Below, one piece after another: positions 11,516 through 33,364 of a DNA stretch of 64,000 nucleotides. The stretch's first letter is position 1, and every line of letters begins with the position of its first letter. The stretch is from contig JBODTK010000140.1 of the NCBI GenBank assembly GCA_050613775.1, forward strand, positions 124,001 to 188,000, given 5' to 3'. This stretch comes from Neocallimastix sp. 'constans' (taxonomy: Eukaryota). A model generated the notes under the pieces. It saw only the letters and a program-made list of their open reading frames with translations. It did no database searches and was not told the origin of the DNA. Made by a program: the position numbers and the translations under genes.

Positions 11516-14500
11516 TTAATTTGTAAAACGAACACTTCTCGATAGTTTTGTTTTAATACCAGTAGTTTCACCAGCATAAGGTCCAACATCATTCTTATTG
11601 ACAGCTACACGACGGAAACTCTTCAATTTAATCATAGCCTTTTCATAATTCTTACGATGTTTGACACGTGGATTCTTCTTTTCACGTTTACGATGTGGTG
11701 TCAAACCACGATTCTTTTCTATAGTCTTATTAATATGTCTCTTTTCACCTGGTGCAAGATCATTTTCATCAATCATACTATATGAAAAAATAAAAATGGA
11801 AAGATAAAAATAATTAATACATAATATAAATATTTTATTATAATATTATATATATATATTATATTATTATTTTTTTTTTATAATTTACCTTTCTTCTAAT
11901 AACTCTTGTTTAATTTTTCGGAAGTTTTCTTCCTTAACTCTCTTTTTTTCCTTTGCGGCGTTACTAATATCTTCATAATATTGAAGATCTTCATCATTAA
12001 AGTCATCAACGAAATCATTATCTATTTCATCTTCTTCTCTTGGACGTTTATTTGATCTTAAATTACTATTTATATCTAATCCATCATTGAGATCTAAATC
12101 ATCAGTATCATCAAATATATCAGCGTCAGCACTTTCTCTTGATTTTTTAACTTCTTCTGATATTTCTTTTTTATCTTTTCTTTTATATGGAACATCCAAA
12201 TCACCAGTTGATTTTTTACCAGATAATTTGCTTAATGACTATTTATTTTAATATAATATTAACAATGATATGATTAAAATTATTATTATTATAATAATAA
12301 TAATAATAATAATAAATGTATTTAATATAAAAATTGTATAAACAATAATAAATTAATTTTAAATATATAAATCAAATTTTAAATTACTTACTTTATTAAT
12401 ATTAGAAGCATGGAATCTTAAACTATTCTTCTTTTTATCTCCTTCATCTAATTCATCATCGTCTTCATTGACTTTAGCTTCATTGAAATCTTCTGATTTT
12501 CTTTCTTTTTTATTTTTCTTTGATTTTTTAGTTTTATTATTTTCAGATTTTAAGGAAATAAATCTTTCTTCATAATCACTATCACTATATTCTTGAACTT
12601 CCTCGGAAATTTTAACATGCTTTTCATTCTTTTTCTTTTTATTCTCATTTCTTTCAGATGATAAAATAGATGATAACTGAGTTTCTTCATTATCAATGTT
12701 ATTATCAATTTCTTCATCGTTTTCTTCTTCTTCATCATCATTACTAAACTCTTCATGAACTTCAGCCAGTAATTTATTATGAATTTCTTGACTATCATCC
12801 TCTGGTCTACCTTCAGTAACTTGTCTCATTAACTCATCAATCATTTTAGCAATGATTGTTTTTTCTTTTGGTTTATTATTCTTTTTTCTTTTCTTTTTAT
12901 TTTCTTCTTCTTTTCCTTCAACTTCCTTTTCAATTTTATCTAAAATTAATTTAATATCAACTAAAGTACTAATAACTGGATGCTCCTTAATTTTATTTGC
13001 TGAAGTAGATGATCTTAAAACCAAATAAAATGAAATATTAGTTAGATAAGAAATGATAAGTTCTATTTATATAAAAATATATAAATAGTATTGATAAAAA
13101 TTATAATTTATTTTGGTTTATTTTGGGACATTATTATATAATTTGATATATATTATTATTATCATATCATTTTAAAATATAAAAGTAAAAGTTATTATTA
13201 TTAATATTATATTAATATAATCGTACATTTTAATAAAATATTATTTTCATTTTATTTATTGATATATATATATATATTAAATTTATTAAAATAAAAAATA
13301 TATTTACGATATTTAAACTTCAAATATTTAACAGTTTTCTTTTCTAATGAATTTCTTATTTCATCCTTTTCAATCATTTTTAAAATTGGTATTATTTTTT
13401 CCTTTAATTCGTTTAATTTTTCTTTATAATCTTCTATTAATTCTAACATTTCTGGAGTTTGATTAAAAATAATAGATAATTGTTCATCTTTTGACATTTT
13501 TGAGATATTTTCCTTCAAATTTTTATTTACTATTTCATCCTGTTCATCACCCTCTTCTTCTTCACTTTCTTTATCTAAATCTACGTCCTATTCATTATTT
13601 ATATAATTTTTATATTATTATTGTGTTTGATAATATATAAATACATATTTATATTTATTTTTAATATAATGAATATTACAATATCAGTTTTTCCTGATAA
13701 TTTGGCGGCAAAACTATCATCGAGAAAATCTTCTTCATCTAATTGGTCTATCCTTTCTTTTTGTAAACGAAGAGCTTCATATTCTTCTTCTTTAGCAATT
13801 TCGTCATCAGCATCTGCATCATCAGCATTATAATAAATATCTCTTCTTTTACCCCAAGCTTTTTCATCAATTTCTTTATTTTTAAATTGATAATTGAAAT
13901 TATAAAATTAATAAATTATACATTTTATTAAATTTATATTTAAATTTAAGACTTATTATATGGAAATTTTTATTTTTGTTTTGAATATTTTTTTTATTTT
14001 TTTTTATTAATTATTATGGAAATATTGAATTTTACCTTTATATTTTTCTTTTTCTATGATATCTTCATTATTTTCCACTTTATAAATACCTAAATCAACA
14101 TCATCATCATCATCATCACTTGAAACACCATCTAATCCAAAAACTTCTTCATTTCCTTCTTCTAATTTAATTAATAATTAAAATTAATTATATTACATTA
14201 AAATATTTTTCAAATGAATATTATTATCAATAATAATATTTTATGATTTTTTTTTTTTTAAATACCTTCTTCACTTTCTTCTTCATTATTATCATCACCT
14301 AAATCAATCATTTCTCGTTGTTTATGGACTATTGTAGATATAAAAGATATATATATAAATATATAAATTTATTATTAATATAATTATGTCATTATTAATA
14401 TAATTATTAAAATTTAAATATATTGAGAATTTCTTATTTATTTAAAAATTATATATATATTTTATTTAATTTAGATTATTTTCATATATATATACATAAT

Positions 14501-14727
14501 ATCTTATTTTATATAATCAATATATAAGTATATATAATTATATGTTAATGAACAATTATAATTTTTTATTTTTAAATTTCGAAATTTAATTTACATTCAT
14601 CTTCAGAATCTAATTCAACATCACCCGCTGTTTCCCAACGATTTACGGAAGCACCAGTTTTATAGTCTTCTTCATCTGAAAATTCACTTTTTTGAACTAC
14701 TTTTCTATTTCCCTTTTTTCTTGCCAT
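11516..14727 (-). CDS. SAS10: Sas10/Utp3 small-subunit processome component, multi-exon
   Basis: C-terminal Sas10 domain IEKNRGLTPHRKREKKNPRVKHR...YAGETTGIKTKLSRSVRF; HPVISTL segment; acidic N-terminal exons; ATG at 14727 (MARKKG). Confidence 0.92.
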
Positions 14728-14989
14728 ATTAATTTTTATTTCAAATTATTTATATATATACTATATCTTTTTTTTATTTTATTAAAATAATATAAAAAAA
14801 TAAAAAATAAAAAAAAAAAAATAAAATAAAATTTATTATAATTTTTCAATATGATTGGATAATATGAAATATCTTTTAAAAAAATAAAGTATTAAAGATT
14901 TATATTAAATAATAATTAAATAATTTATAAATAAAAAATAATTAAAAATATGAATAAAATTATAAATTATAATGAATTGGTTAAAACGG

Positions 14990-17910
14990 CATCATATATT
15001 TTTGTTCTTTAATTGTTATACTTATTCATTTATATTATTGTTAGGAATATTTTGTAAGATATTTTTCTGAAAATTATTATTATTTTTATTAATATTTTCT
15101 TTTAAAATTTCAATTTCTTTTAAATTATTAATTTCGTTATTTGTAATTTCATAATTGTTTTTGAGTAAAATATTAATTCTATTTTAATTATTAATATCAT
15201 TTGAATTAGTTTCTTCATTTAAATTATCTTTTTCAACTTCATTATTTTCTTCTGATAAGTTAATGCTTTCTTCATTTATATTTCTCTTTTCAATAAAATT
15301 ATTATTTTCAATTAAATTTTCATTTGCATTATTATTATTATTTAAAAATTATTGTTTATGATGTTATTATCTTCATTGTCAATTTCAATTAAATTATTGT
15401 CTTCATTTAAAATATTGCCTTCTTTAAAATCGTTATCTTCATTAATGTTATTATTTTCATTAATATTATTATCTTCGTTCATGTTATTATTTTCGTTCAA
15501 AAATTATTTTCATTTAAATAATTATTGTCATTGATATCATTATTGTCAATTAAAATTTTATTTATGATGTTTTCCCCATTAATGTCCATTTTCATAAAAA
15601 AAAAGTAAGGTGAAAACTATTGTTAACAATATTTAATTACTTTTTTGCTTTTATATTCCTTTCCTTAATCAGATTTAAATATTTTTATTGCGTAATCCTT
15701 GAATTGATCATTTAAATAAGAATTTTATTATTATGTCTGGAGCTTCAATCTTTGACTTGAATGTAAACATCCAGACTTTTCTTGATAATATATCCATTAT
15801 TGTGAGGAAGTATTTAGTATTATTATTAATGGATAAGTTAAGCATTCATGAAATGAATGAATTATATCTAGAAATTCTTATGCCTTTTGAGGATCTCCTT
15901 TGTGAGATTTAACTCCTCATCTTAGAAATTTTGCAGTATATAGATAGAGGAGTTTTTATATTATGTAGGATTAGGTATTTGATTAAATTACTTTGGTAAA
16001 AATGACTTACTTTTCTATGCATATCTCAATGATTTTTTCATCAAAATTTTCAATGTACACAATATTATTTACCATTATTTTTTTACTTTTATTATTGATA
16101 TTTTAAGTTTTAAAAGGGAATTAATTATAATTAAAGGATTAGAAAGTACCAAGATTAATTTTTATTCTTTTTAAGAAATTATAATCTTGTTTTTTCTCTA
16201 TTAGAAGAATTAATTAATTATATAAATCATGAATTTGAAAGGTCCATGTCATTAATAAGATATTTATAAGCATTTAAACAATAAAATTTTTTCTAGCTTA
16301 ATGTATTATTTATTTATGAAGCAATTGTAAGTCCCATATCTTTCAAATTGAAAAATTGAACCATTTTCACAACACAACTTTATTGATTCATATGAAGCTA
16401 AATAAGTAAAGATTTATCAAAATCATGAATATATTTATTATTAGAATATTAGTAGAATAATATTCAATAAATTTATATTTCTCATCACATTTGTATTGTT
16501 TTGGTTTATCTGATTTATTAGAACCCTAATATCTTCAAAATCAAAGTTTTTATTAAAATTACTGGCATTATCAGAATGGTCTTCATTTCTGATGTATATT
16601 AAAGTAGGTTTATTGTCATAATTATTTTAGATTCTTGAATTTTCTAAATAATTTAACAATTTCTTCTTTTGTTGTTTGCTTTACCTCCCTTTGTTGTTAT
16701 TATTTTTATTTTTGATATTATTTTCTCTGTTTTTGAGATTAAAATGACATATGTTTGTGGAATATCCATTCTCATCGCATATGTAATTATAACTTCATCA
16801 TATATGTGACAATAACTTGTATTAACCTTATATATATATATATATATATATACATATTTTTTTTTTTCATATTGTTATTGAAGTTAGAATTCTTTTTGCT
16901 TAATTTGGATTTCTTTTCCTTTTTCTAAGGCAATCAATATCCATAGGATTATCATTTTTATCTTTTTCTTTAGAATCATTCCAATTTGATCTTGCTAAGA
17001 TAATTCTTTTGAGAGTTTTCAAATATTCATCTGGATTACTGCTCAAGTCGAATTGAACATTGTTTTTGTGAGAATCTTAGTAGGTATTTCAATTTCTCTT
17101 TGTTTGCAATTACTAATTCAATTTCTTCCATTCTTCTATTTCAGTGAAGATTTCCTTTGCTCGGTTTAACATTCTAATTTTTTCATTTTTATTTTTTGGC
17201 TTTAAATTTCTGAGTCTTTTATCCAATACTTAATATCAGCATTGTTGTTACCGTATTTTCCCTTTAAGTCTTTCTATAATACGGTAACTGTTAGTTAGAT
17301 GACTAATCTCTTAAGATTTTTTTTGTCAACATTTTTACTAATCATTAATATCAATATGCTATTAATTTTCTCAGCCTTTTTGATAATTAGTCTTTTCGTT
17401 CTATTATCCAATAAAGTATTTAAAATATTACTGTTAACATCTGATGGTGAATTTATTACTTACTTCTGATGGTGTATTATGGTTTTCAACTGCTTGTACA
17501 GTATTGTTGTTTTGTATGGGTGCAGGTTTTTAAACTGGGATTGAGAGGTTAAAGTTGTTAACAATGTCCGTAATGGTCGTTTTGGTTGCGTCACTACAGT
17601 TAGGAGGGTAAAATAAAGAATTCATCATTTAAATGACCAATAATATCAGTTTCCAAAAATTCCATAATACCATAAGTTTTCCCAGAGTTTGAAATAAGAA
17701 ACTTCCACTCATTTGAATATTAGAATAGAATTAAATGAGACTCTTAATTTGATATATGTTGTTTATTTGTTTAATTTAATAATATTTCATTATTATTGTT
17801 AACAAGAAAAGATATGAATAGATGATCTTTAATATTGAATATATATAATGTGAATACAATATTATTTATATGCAGGTTACAATATATATTTAAAAGGATT
17901 GTTAACATAA
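14990..17910 (-). mobile_element. Degenerate Ty1/Copia LTR retrotransposon (LTR end, PBS, gag, integrase; RT absent)
   Basis: Minus-strand remnants: PMDID (~16940), decayed knuckle YICDENGYSTNIC (~16750-16790), GAG-pre-integrase HRKVSHF...CKISK (~15930-16020), integrase KYFLTIMDILSRKVWMF...KSKIEA (~15740-15820), Asn-rich tail. PBS at 17736-17749 next to CA. Outer limits approximate. Confidence 0.8.
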
Positions 17911-18703
17911 ATTTAAACAAGATTAACTAAACCTATTAATTAATTTACATAAAACGTAAATATCGATATACTTTAATAAATTATATAATAAATAAATAAT
18001 AAATATATTAAATAATATGAACAAATATATAAAATAGTATTAATATAATAATTATTAATTACATAATAAATAAATAAATATATTAAATAATATGAACAAA
18101 TATACAAAATAATATTAATAATATAATAATAATCAGTTACTACTATTAATATTATTCAAAATTATATATATATATATTTTTTATTTTATACGAAAATTCA
18201 ATTTTTTTGTTACACAAAATATAATTAATAAATATTATTATTTTTTTTTTTTTTTTTTTTTTTTAAAAAGTATTAAATAAATTTTATAAATAAACAATTT
18301 TTTGTTAAGCAAATTTAATAATAAAAATCATCATATTATCAAAATAATAAAGTAATTATAGAAGATAATTTAAAGCATCTTAAAAAACTTTTGAATAATA
18401 AAAAATAATGTAATAACAATAATGTTAATATATTTATATTTAATAAATATTATAAAAGATTAATAAAACTTATGATTAATAATACCAAATTATTTAAGAA
18501 AAATTATATTAATATATATTATTTTATCCAAATACTTTTTAATCAAGTTTAATTATTGTTTAAAATTACATATTATATATAAGAATACTCATGAAGTAAT
18601 TAAAAGCATTTTTATTACTAAATAATCCTTATATATAGATAAATACATCAATAATATATTTATATCGAATATATATATATCAAATAAGCTTTAATATTTT
18701 TAA

Positions 18704-24934
<6,231 letters not shown>

Positions 24935-25092
24935 AATTATGTATATTATATTTATTTATTTATTTATTAATTTATTTTTTATTTTTTATTTTTTATTTTT
25001 TATTTTTTATTTTTATTTTTATTATATATAATATATATATATATAATAATAAATTAACATTAATAAATAATAAATAATAAATAGTAACTCTG

Positions 25093-25128
<36 letters not shown>

Positions 25129-25250
25129 GAAAAAGAAAAAGGATTATTATTTATTATTTATAATTTATAATAATATATGTTAAGCTATTATTCTATTATT
25201 TTATACCTATAAATTCTTTTTCTCATTATTTTATTATATATATATATTAG

Positions 25251-25284
<34 letters not shown>

Positions 25285-25851
25285 ATATAATCATTCATTA
25301 TATTCATTATTAAATATCTATTTAAAAATTTCTAAAATTTTCATTTTAATTTTTATCATTATTTAATTAATTAATTATTTATTTTTGATTTTAGCTTTAT
25401 TCACAAATTTTTAAACTTAACATATATATATATATTTTTTTTTAAAAAAATAAAAAAAAAAAGAAAAAAAAAAAATATAAATTATATGTTACAATTTTGA
25501 TAATATAAATAAATTTTTAAATACCATTTTAATAAATATATATATTCATTATTATTATATTATTATTATCTTTAATTTTTAATTTTTAATTTTTACTTTT
25601 TTATTTTTTATTTTTCATTTTTTATTTTTTATTTTTTATTTTTTATTTGTTATTTTTATATATATTTTTAAAAAAAAAAAAAAAATTGTGTTTCTTAATA
25701 AAATTCTACATTAATTTTAAAAATATAATCTATTTCATATTATTAAAGAATATATTTTAATAAAATATTTTTATATAATTTTTACATAAATATAAATACA
25801 TTTTGTAAAAAAAAGATGAAATAATGATATATTCAAATATGAATTTATTAT

Positions 25852-25898
<47 letters not shown>

Positions 25899-27069
25899 AA
25901 TAATAATAATAATAATAAAAAAAAGTATATATGTATATATAGATTATATATGTTAACAATTTTGATAATTAATATAAATAAAATTATAAATATAAAAAAA
26001 AAATAAATAAATATATATTTATTTTTATTTTTATTATTATTTTTATTTTTTTATTTTTTTTATTTTTTAATTTTATTTTTATTTTTATTTTTATTTTTTT
26101 TTAATGACATATTTATTGATATTATATTGTCATTATTTTAAATTGTCTTACAATTTGGTCTTTTTTAAATTTATATAAATAATAAATAAAAGATTTAAAA
26201 ATATTTATTATTTACAATAATAAGTTTTTTTTTTTAATTTATTATTTAATACCTTAGATTAAAGGAAGTTCGAAGAATCAGATTCATCTTAAAAATGGAA
26301 ATCAGAAGAAATTTGTTAAATACCTTTATTTTCTCGAACATCTAATAATAATAATAATATTAATATTAATAAAAAAAAAAAAAAAAAAAAAAAAGGAGTT
26401 TAATATTAAATAAAAATTTTTGTTATATTATTAGTAATATATCACTTTCATTATTATTAACTATAATTATTTTAATTATTTTAATTATTGATTATTTTTA
26501 TTATTTATAAAGCTCATTTTATCTCATATTATACCCAATTTTTATATTATTTTTTAATTTATACTATTTAAAATAATATATAAATTTAATTATCATAAAT
26601 ATATATTATTTGAAGAAATACTAAAATAAAAAAAAAAAAAAAAGATGAATTGAATTAAATGAAAAATAAAAGAAAATTAAAATTAAAATTAAATTAAAAA
26701 TAAAAATAAAAATAAAAATAAAAATAAAAATAAAATAAAATAAAATAAATAGTAAAATATTAAATATAAAGTACAGATTAAATATAATAAAATAAAATAA
26801 AATAAATAGTAGGATATGAATAAAGTACAGATTAAATAAAATAAAATAAAATAAAATAAAATAAAATATAAACTTAATAATGATTTTATTAATAATAATT
26901 AATAATATAATTAAATTAAAATATTTTTATAATTTGTATATTAATATAAAAATAATATAATATATATATATTATTTTATTTTATTTTGTTATTTGTTTTT
27001 TATTTTTTGATTATTATTAATACTATTATTTTTTTGAATATATTTCTTTTTTTTTATTTATTTATTATT

Positions 27070-27117
<48 letters not shown>

Positions 27118-27394
27118 TATATTTCAAATAAAAAAAATATACTTAATTTTATTTAATGATTACGTTATAGTTATTTATTTATTTATTTGTTTGTTTCTAT
27201 AAAAAAATATATATATATATATTTTAAATAAAAATTTTATACTTATTTTTTATTTACTTTTATCATTTTTTACTTATTTTTATTTTCTTTAATTAATTGT
27301 TTTATTTTTAAATCTATGATTTAATACAATAATAAAAATATATTTTATATTTATAACGATTTAATTAATACAAAACAAATTTATGATAATATTC

Positions 27395-28018
27395 TTAACG
27401 TTTTAAAAATTGTTTGTTAAGTATGAATATAACTCTATTGACATTCAAACGAACATATTCTAAATCCAATAATTGAATTCCCATTTGTTGTTTTTCTAAT
27501 AAATCATCTAACTTTAAGTCCATTTCAAGAATTGGTTTTTCTCTACCTATTAAACCCAATTTATATATATTTATATTAATTTATATTAATTGTAATATTT
27601 CTAAATATATTCATATATAAATATTTAATATGGATTTATTTTTTATTTTTTTTTTTTTTTACCTTTATAGTATAATTCAATAATATATGAACCAGGTATT
27701 GGTGAGGAAATGTTAAAGAATATATTATTTCTTCTATTTTCTGGAACATTACTCTCAACAATTACACCTTCCTTTTCTAATTGGACATGTGTATATTTAA
27801 TTGGTCCAAATACATGGTTTTGCTTATTTTTCTTTTCTTTTCCTTTAGCCATTTGGGTACCAGATTGAGTTCTTACATTTTGAAGATAAGCTTTATAAGA
27901 TTCTAATTGAGAACGTAAATAGTTATTATGGTCACATATAGTCTAAAAAGATATATAATTATATGTATATTGATTAAAATTAATGTTGTATTTTTATTAT
28001 TATTAAATTCAATATATA

Positions 28019-28053
<35 letters not shown>

Positions 28054-28480
28054 AAATCTTTTAATTAATAAAATTACCTTAAATACTACTTCTAAGGATT
28101 TAATTTCTTTCATAACTTTATCCTTTAAACTACCTAAATAAATAATTTCTTGAGCTACTTCATTGGCCATAAATTCATGTTTAGAATCAGAAACACCAAT
28201 TTCTTCTAATTGATAAAGCATATCACGAACTTTAATACCTTTTCTAACTAAAGCAGAGTCATGACTAGTTGCTGCAGCTTCTGCAATTCGAATTAAATTT
28301 AATGGTTTTTCTTTAGCTAAAGAGGGCATAGTTCTTACAATTTGAACCATTAACGCTTTGGTATCCATATATAAAACATCACCTTGAGTCAATTGACTAT
28401 CAGCTAACATAGATGGATTATCTTCATATATATAAATATATGAATGTGTATTAATTATATTGTAAATATAATTTGAAATC

Positions 28481-28524
<44 letters not shown>

Positions 28525-31069
28525 TCATATTATTTCTAATATTTATTTCTTGGGAAAATAAAAATATGAAAAAAAACAAAATTAAAATAAATTACCAGCA
28601 ATCATAGTTTCCCATCTACTGAAAAGTGGTAAGATAATTGATTTATTTTCTTTTCTTGGGACTTGATTTGGTGGTTGACCAAGTTCTTTTAAAATGATAT
28701 TAAGATGATCATCTTCATTTGGACACTTTTTTTTTTTTTATTTTTAAAAAATAAAAATAATAACAATTATATATATATTCATTAATATCATTATTATCAT
28801 TTTATTAATATTTAAAAAAAAAAAAGAAAAAAAAATTTTTTTTTAATATATATAATATTTACTAAAACATCAGAATGTTGAAGAAGTAAAGAATGAGTGT
28901 TATAAATTTCATTTAAAGTAATATTTAATTCAAGTTCTTTTTTAGATAAGGCAATGTATTGATCCATCTATTTAAGAAGATAAAATGAACAAGTAAATAA
29001 ATAATAAAAAAAAAATAATATATTATAAATAAAATTAATATAAATTCTATATCTGTTTTAATGATATAATAATGTAGAAACAAAAAAAATATTTACTTCT
29101 AAAGATTCATAGAAATCACCAACTTCACATAAATCATTTAAGAACTTATTAATTCTAGTTTTATTTTGTTCAACAAATGGATTAAGTGAAAGCATATAAC
29201 CTTCTTTTGAATATGTTGGCTTATTAGCAAGATTTTGTAATAACTTTGCAACTAATGTTAAAGTACGACGAGGATTTGGAGATGGATTAGATTCAACTAA
29301 CATATATGCTTGTGGGGTAACAATTGCTGGATTAACAAATCTTAAAAAGAAGAAACCACCAATTAATGAACAAATGTTAAAATCAGTTGCATCTGGATAC
29401 TTTCTCTACATTTTATTTATTATTTAAATAATAAAATTTAATATTAAATATATATTAGTATATTAAAAATAAATTACAACAAAAAAAAAAAATAATAATA
29501 ATTATTAATATATATATAAAGAGACATATTAATTTCTAAAAATATTTTAAACAAATGTTTCATATAATTCTTTATAATTAAGATTAATTTATATTTTATA
29601 TAAGTAAAAATTTTATTTTTAATAATAAAATAAAAATTTTATATTGTTTTCAATAGGTATTATATGTTTTATATTTTACTTTAGTTAAAGAACGAATTTG
29701 TTTACAGATCCAACGAATACCATATGGAACTTGGTTAATTGATGAAATAATAGTTGAAAGGAATGAACCAGTTATTTCCATTAACATATTCAATCTTGGA
29801 GCAATAATAGCTTGAACATCGGTATTTTCTTGAGCAGCTTCTTGAGTAATACCTTTTGGTAAATCACATGGCTTTCCAGTTTCTTCTTCAATATCTTTGA
29901 TCATTTGTTCATAAACCTTTAATGGATTAATTTCTAAGTCTAAATCTTTATGATCAATTAAGTTATTAATTCTTTCAGATAAAACATTCTTTAAATATGT
30001 TTGACCTGGACCACGACGAGTATAGGTAGTCATCATTCGAGAAACAGGTGTATTTGCACGTAACAAACTACCAAAATCCGTGGATGAATCAAATTGAGCA
30101 GATAATACATTTTGGAACATGGTTAAAAGAAGATGTTCTTCACGGGATTCATATTGATTACCATAAATTGTAAACATAACTGTTTGTAAAAGTGTATCAA
30201 TTTCAGACAAAGATACTAAACGAGTAAGAATAGCAATATGTTTTGGTTCCGATTGTAATAAAAAGAAAAGATTACCATATAATTGTCTTTTACGATCATC
30301 TGGTATAGTACCAACTGTGTTATCAATTTCATCTAAATGACTAGCTACTTCTTGTTGCTTTTATGAAAAAGTGAATAACAATTTAATTTATTACAATAAT
30401 AAAAAGTTTAATAAAACATTATATCAATAATTTAGTTTAATCATACGAATTATATTTATATTTTAATTGTATTTCTATTTCTAATTAATATGTAATATTA
30501 TCCCTATTTTAATTTATTATTATATTATTTATTATATTATTTATTATCTAACATTATATATTCTTACTTCATCTAAAGCCATTCTATTTTGAATCAATAA
30601 AGCAATACGACTATCTAAATATCTAACATCTCTTTCTAAAGTGAAATTTCTTTTAGATTGTGCAGAAATTCTGGCTTTTAAATCACGAAGTTTACGTTGG
30701 GCTAATATTTAAAATAATAATAATAATAATAAATAAATTATCGAAAATATATATATATATATTTTATAATATTAAGTAACATATTATAATTGAAATTTGT
30801 TTTCTAATTAATTTTATTCATATTTATATTTATTTATTAATTTTACCTTTAGTAAGTTCATCATCAACTTCAACGTCATTTTCAGCAACCATTGACCATA
30901 ATGAAACTACTGAGTAACGCTTGTCATTTTTAGAATTACCAGTCCCTAATGGTACTCCATACGCAGCCGCTTTATATGCGGCTTTGGCGATATTAGATGG
31001 AGTGTAATTTCTTAAAGATTGATAACGGTTTGACTTTAATTGATTTGGATCCCTTCTTGATTCTAACAT
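27395..31069 (-). CDS. Ras GTPase-activating protein (fission-yeast Gap1/Sar1-like; RasGAP + RasGAP_C), multi-exon
   Basis: [39 protein letters not shown] (~29320-29360), [11 protein letters not shown] and C-terminal LEKEGVIVE...LDDLLE. Stop at 27395-27397. Confidence 0.93.
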
Positions 31070-32249
31070 TTTATTGTTCTTTGTATTATTTATTTATAAA
31101 ATATTTAGAAAAAAATATATCCTTTTGTATATACATAAATAAAAAGTAATTAGATATATTTATTTAAGTATTTATTTTATAATATTAAAATTTAATTATA
31201 AAATTATACATTATTTTTATTACTTCAATTCTAATTTATAAGGTATATATAGTTGTGTATTTTTTTTTTTTTTATTTAATTTTTTATTTTTTATTTTTTA
31301 TTTTTTGTTTTTTATTTTTTTGAATAACGAATAATTATTTATTGGATATTGAAAGTATATATATAATTCTATTTTACATCTATTTGAAGAATGAATATAT
31401 TTTTTATTTTTAAGTTTTTTTATATATAAACAAAATATATAAATATGTATATATTATTTTTTCCAAAATTTTGGATAACTGAATTTCTTTCTTAATTTAT
31501 CAAATTGTTTTATTTATTTATACTTCCTTTTTTGAGTATATTTAATTTTTATTGTTTCTACTTTTTTTCTTTTTTTTTTTTTTTAATATATATATATATA
31601 TAATTTAATTATTATATGTTTATTTCTATTAAAACTTATTTTTGCTTATGTCTATAAATGCTTTTATTTATTAATATTTTTCTATTATTATATTCAATTT
31701 TTTTATTAATAAAAAATAAAGAAAAAGAAAGAAAAGAAAAATTTCAATATTATATAAGCATTAAATTAATAATATTTGCTTTTTATTATTTTTTCTATTT
31801 ACTAAATACTAATAATTTAAAATGATAATAAATATAATAATATTTATTTAATGTCAAATTAAATTATGATTATTTATAATTATAAATGTTTTTATTTTAA
31901 TATTAATATTCTTATTTATTCTATCAATAAACAACACTAATAATTATAAAATTATATCAATAAAGGGAAAAAATTACAAAAAAAAAAAATATAAATATGA
32001 AAAATAAAATAAAAATATATATAAAAATTCAAAAGTAAAATTCGAAAAAATAAAAAAAAAAAAAATATTATAATATAGGAAAAAAAATTTTTTTATATAT
32101 TATAAATAATTTTTTTATATATTATAAATAATTTTTAATATAAAATATTATATTAAAAATTATAATTATAATTATTTATTTATCTATCTATCTATCTATT
32201 TATTTATTTATTTATTCTTTTTTTTTTATTTATTTTATTATCAATTATT

Positions 32250-32550
32250 TATTATTTATTATTTATTATTTATTATATATTATTTATTATTTATTATATA
32301 TTATTTATTATTTATTATTTATTATTTATTATTTATTATTTATTATTTATTATTTATTATTTATTATTTATTATTTATTATTTATTATTTATTATTTATT
32401 ATTTATTATTTATTATTTATTATTTATTATTTATTATTTATTATTTATTATTTATTATTTATTATTTATTATTTATTATTTATTATTTATTATTTATTAT
32501 TCATTATTTATTATTTATTATTTATTATTTATTATTAATTATTTTTTTGT

Positions 32551-32601
<51 letters not shown>

Positions 32602-32605
32602 TATT
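32250..32605. repeat. (TTATTAT)n heptamer followed by (TTTA)n microsatellite
   Basis: Directly visible tandem arrays. Confidence 0.9.
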
Positions 32606-33364
32606 GTATTTATATACGATACAATCATAATTTCTAATCATAAATATTATTATTAAAATTTTATTTATATTATTATAAATTTTTTTTAGGATATTAAAGT
32701 AAATTAAAAATATCATAAAATAATATTAAATATATTAATAATAGCAATAATACTTTAAACATTAACAATAAACCTAATAAATATAAATTTAAATAAATAA
32801 TATAAAAATTTACAATTTTAGTAGTCTTAATAAAAGTTTAATTTGAAAAAAGATGATTGTGTATAAATTATATATATATTATAATATATTTGTATTTCAT
32901 AGAAAGTTTATTAATTTGATGGATGATTATTAAAAAAATACAAATTTTAATTAATAATATATTGAATAGTATATAGATTATATTAAAGATATTAATATCT
33001 AGATGATTATATTGTATTAATATATTTATATTTATATACTATTAGAATATTAGAATATATAATTTTTTTTTTTTGAAAGCATGATTTTAATTAATAAGTT
33101 AATTCTATTGAAACTACAATATATTTAAATGCAATATACAACCAATTTGTTACTTGGAATAGTTCAATATTATAATACTATAGTTTAATATAAAATGGTT
33201 AAATAAAATTTTATAAACTAAAATAGATTTCAATTTATTATAAAATAAATTATACATTGATTAAATATATAAAAAATATATATTAAATATATTTTTTATA
33301 TATTTAATATGAATAATAATTTATATAAAATATTTATATGTTTTGTAATTATTTAATGAAATTT

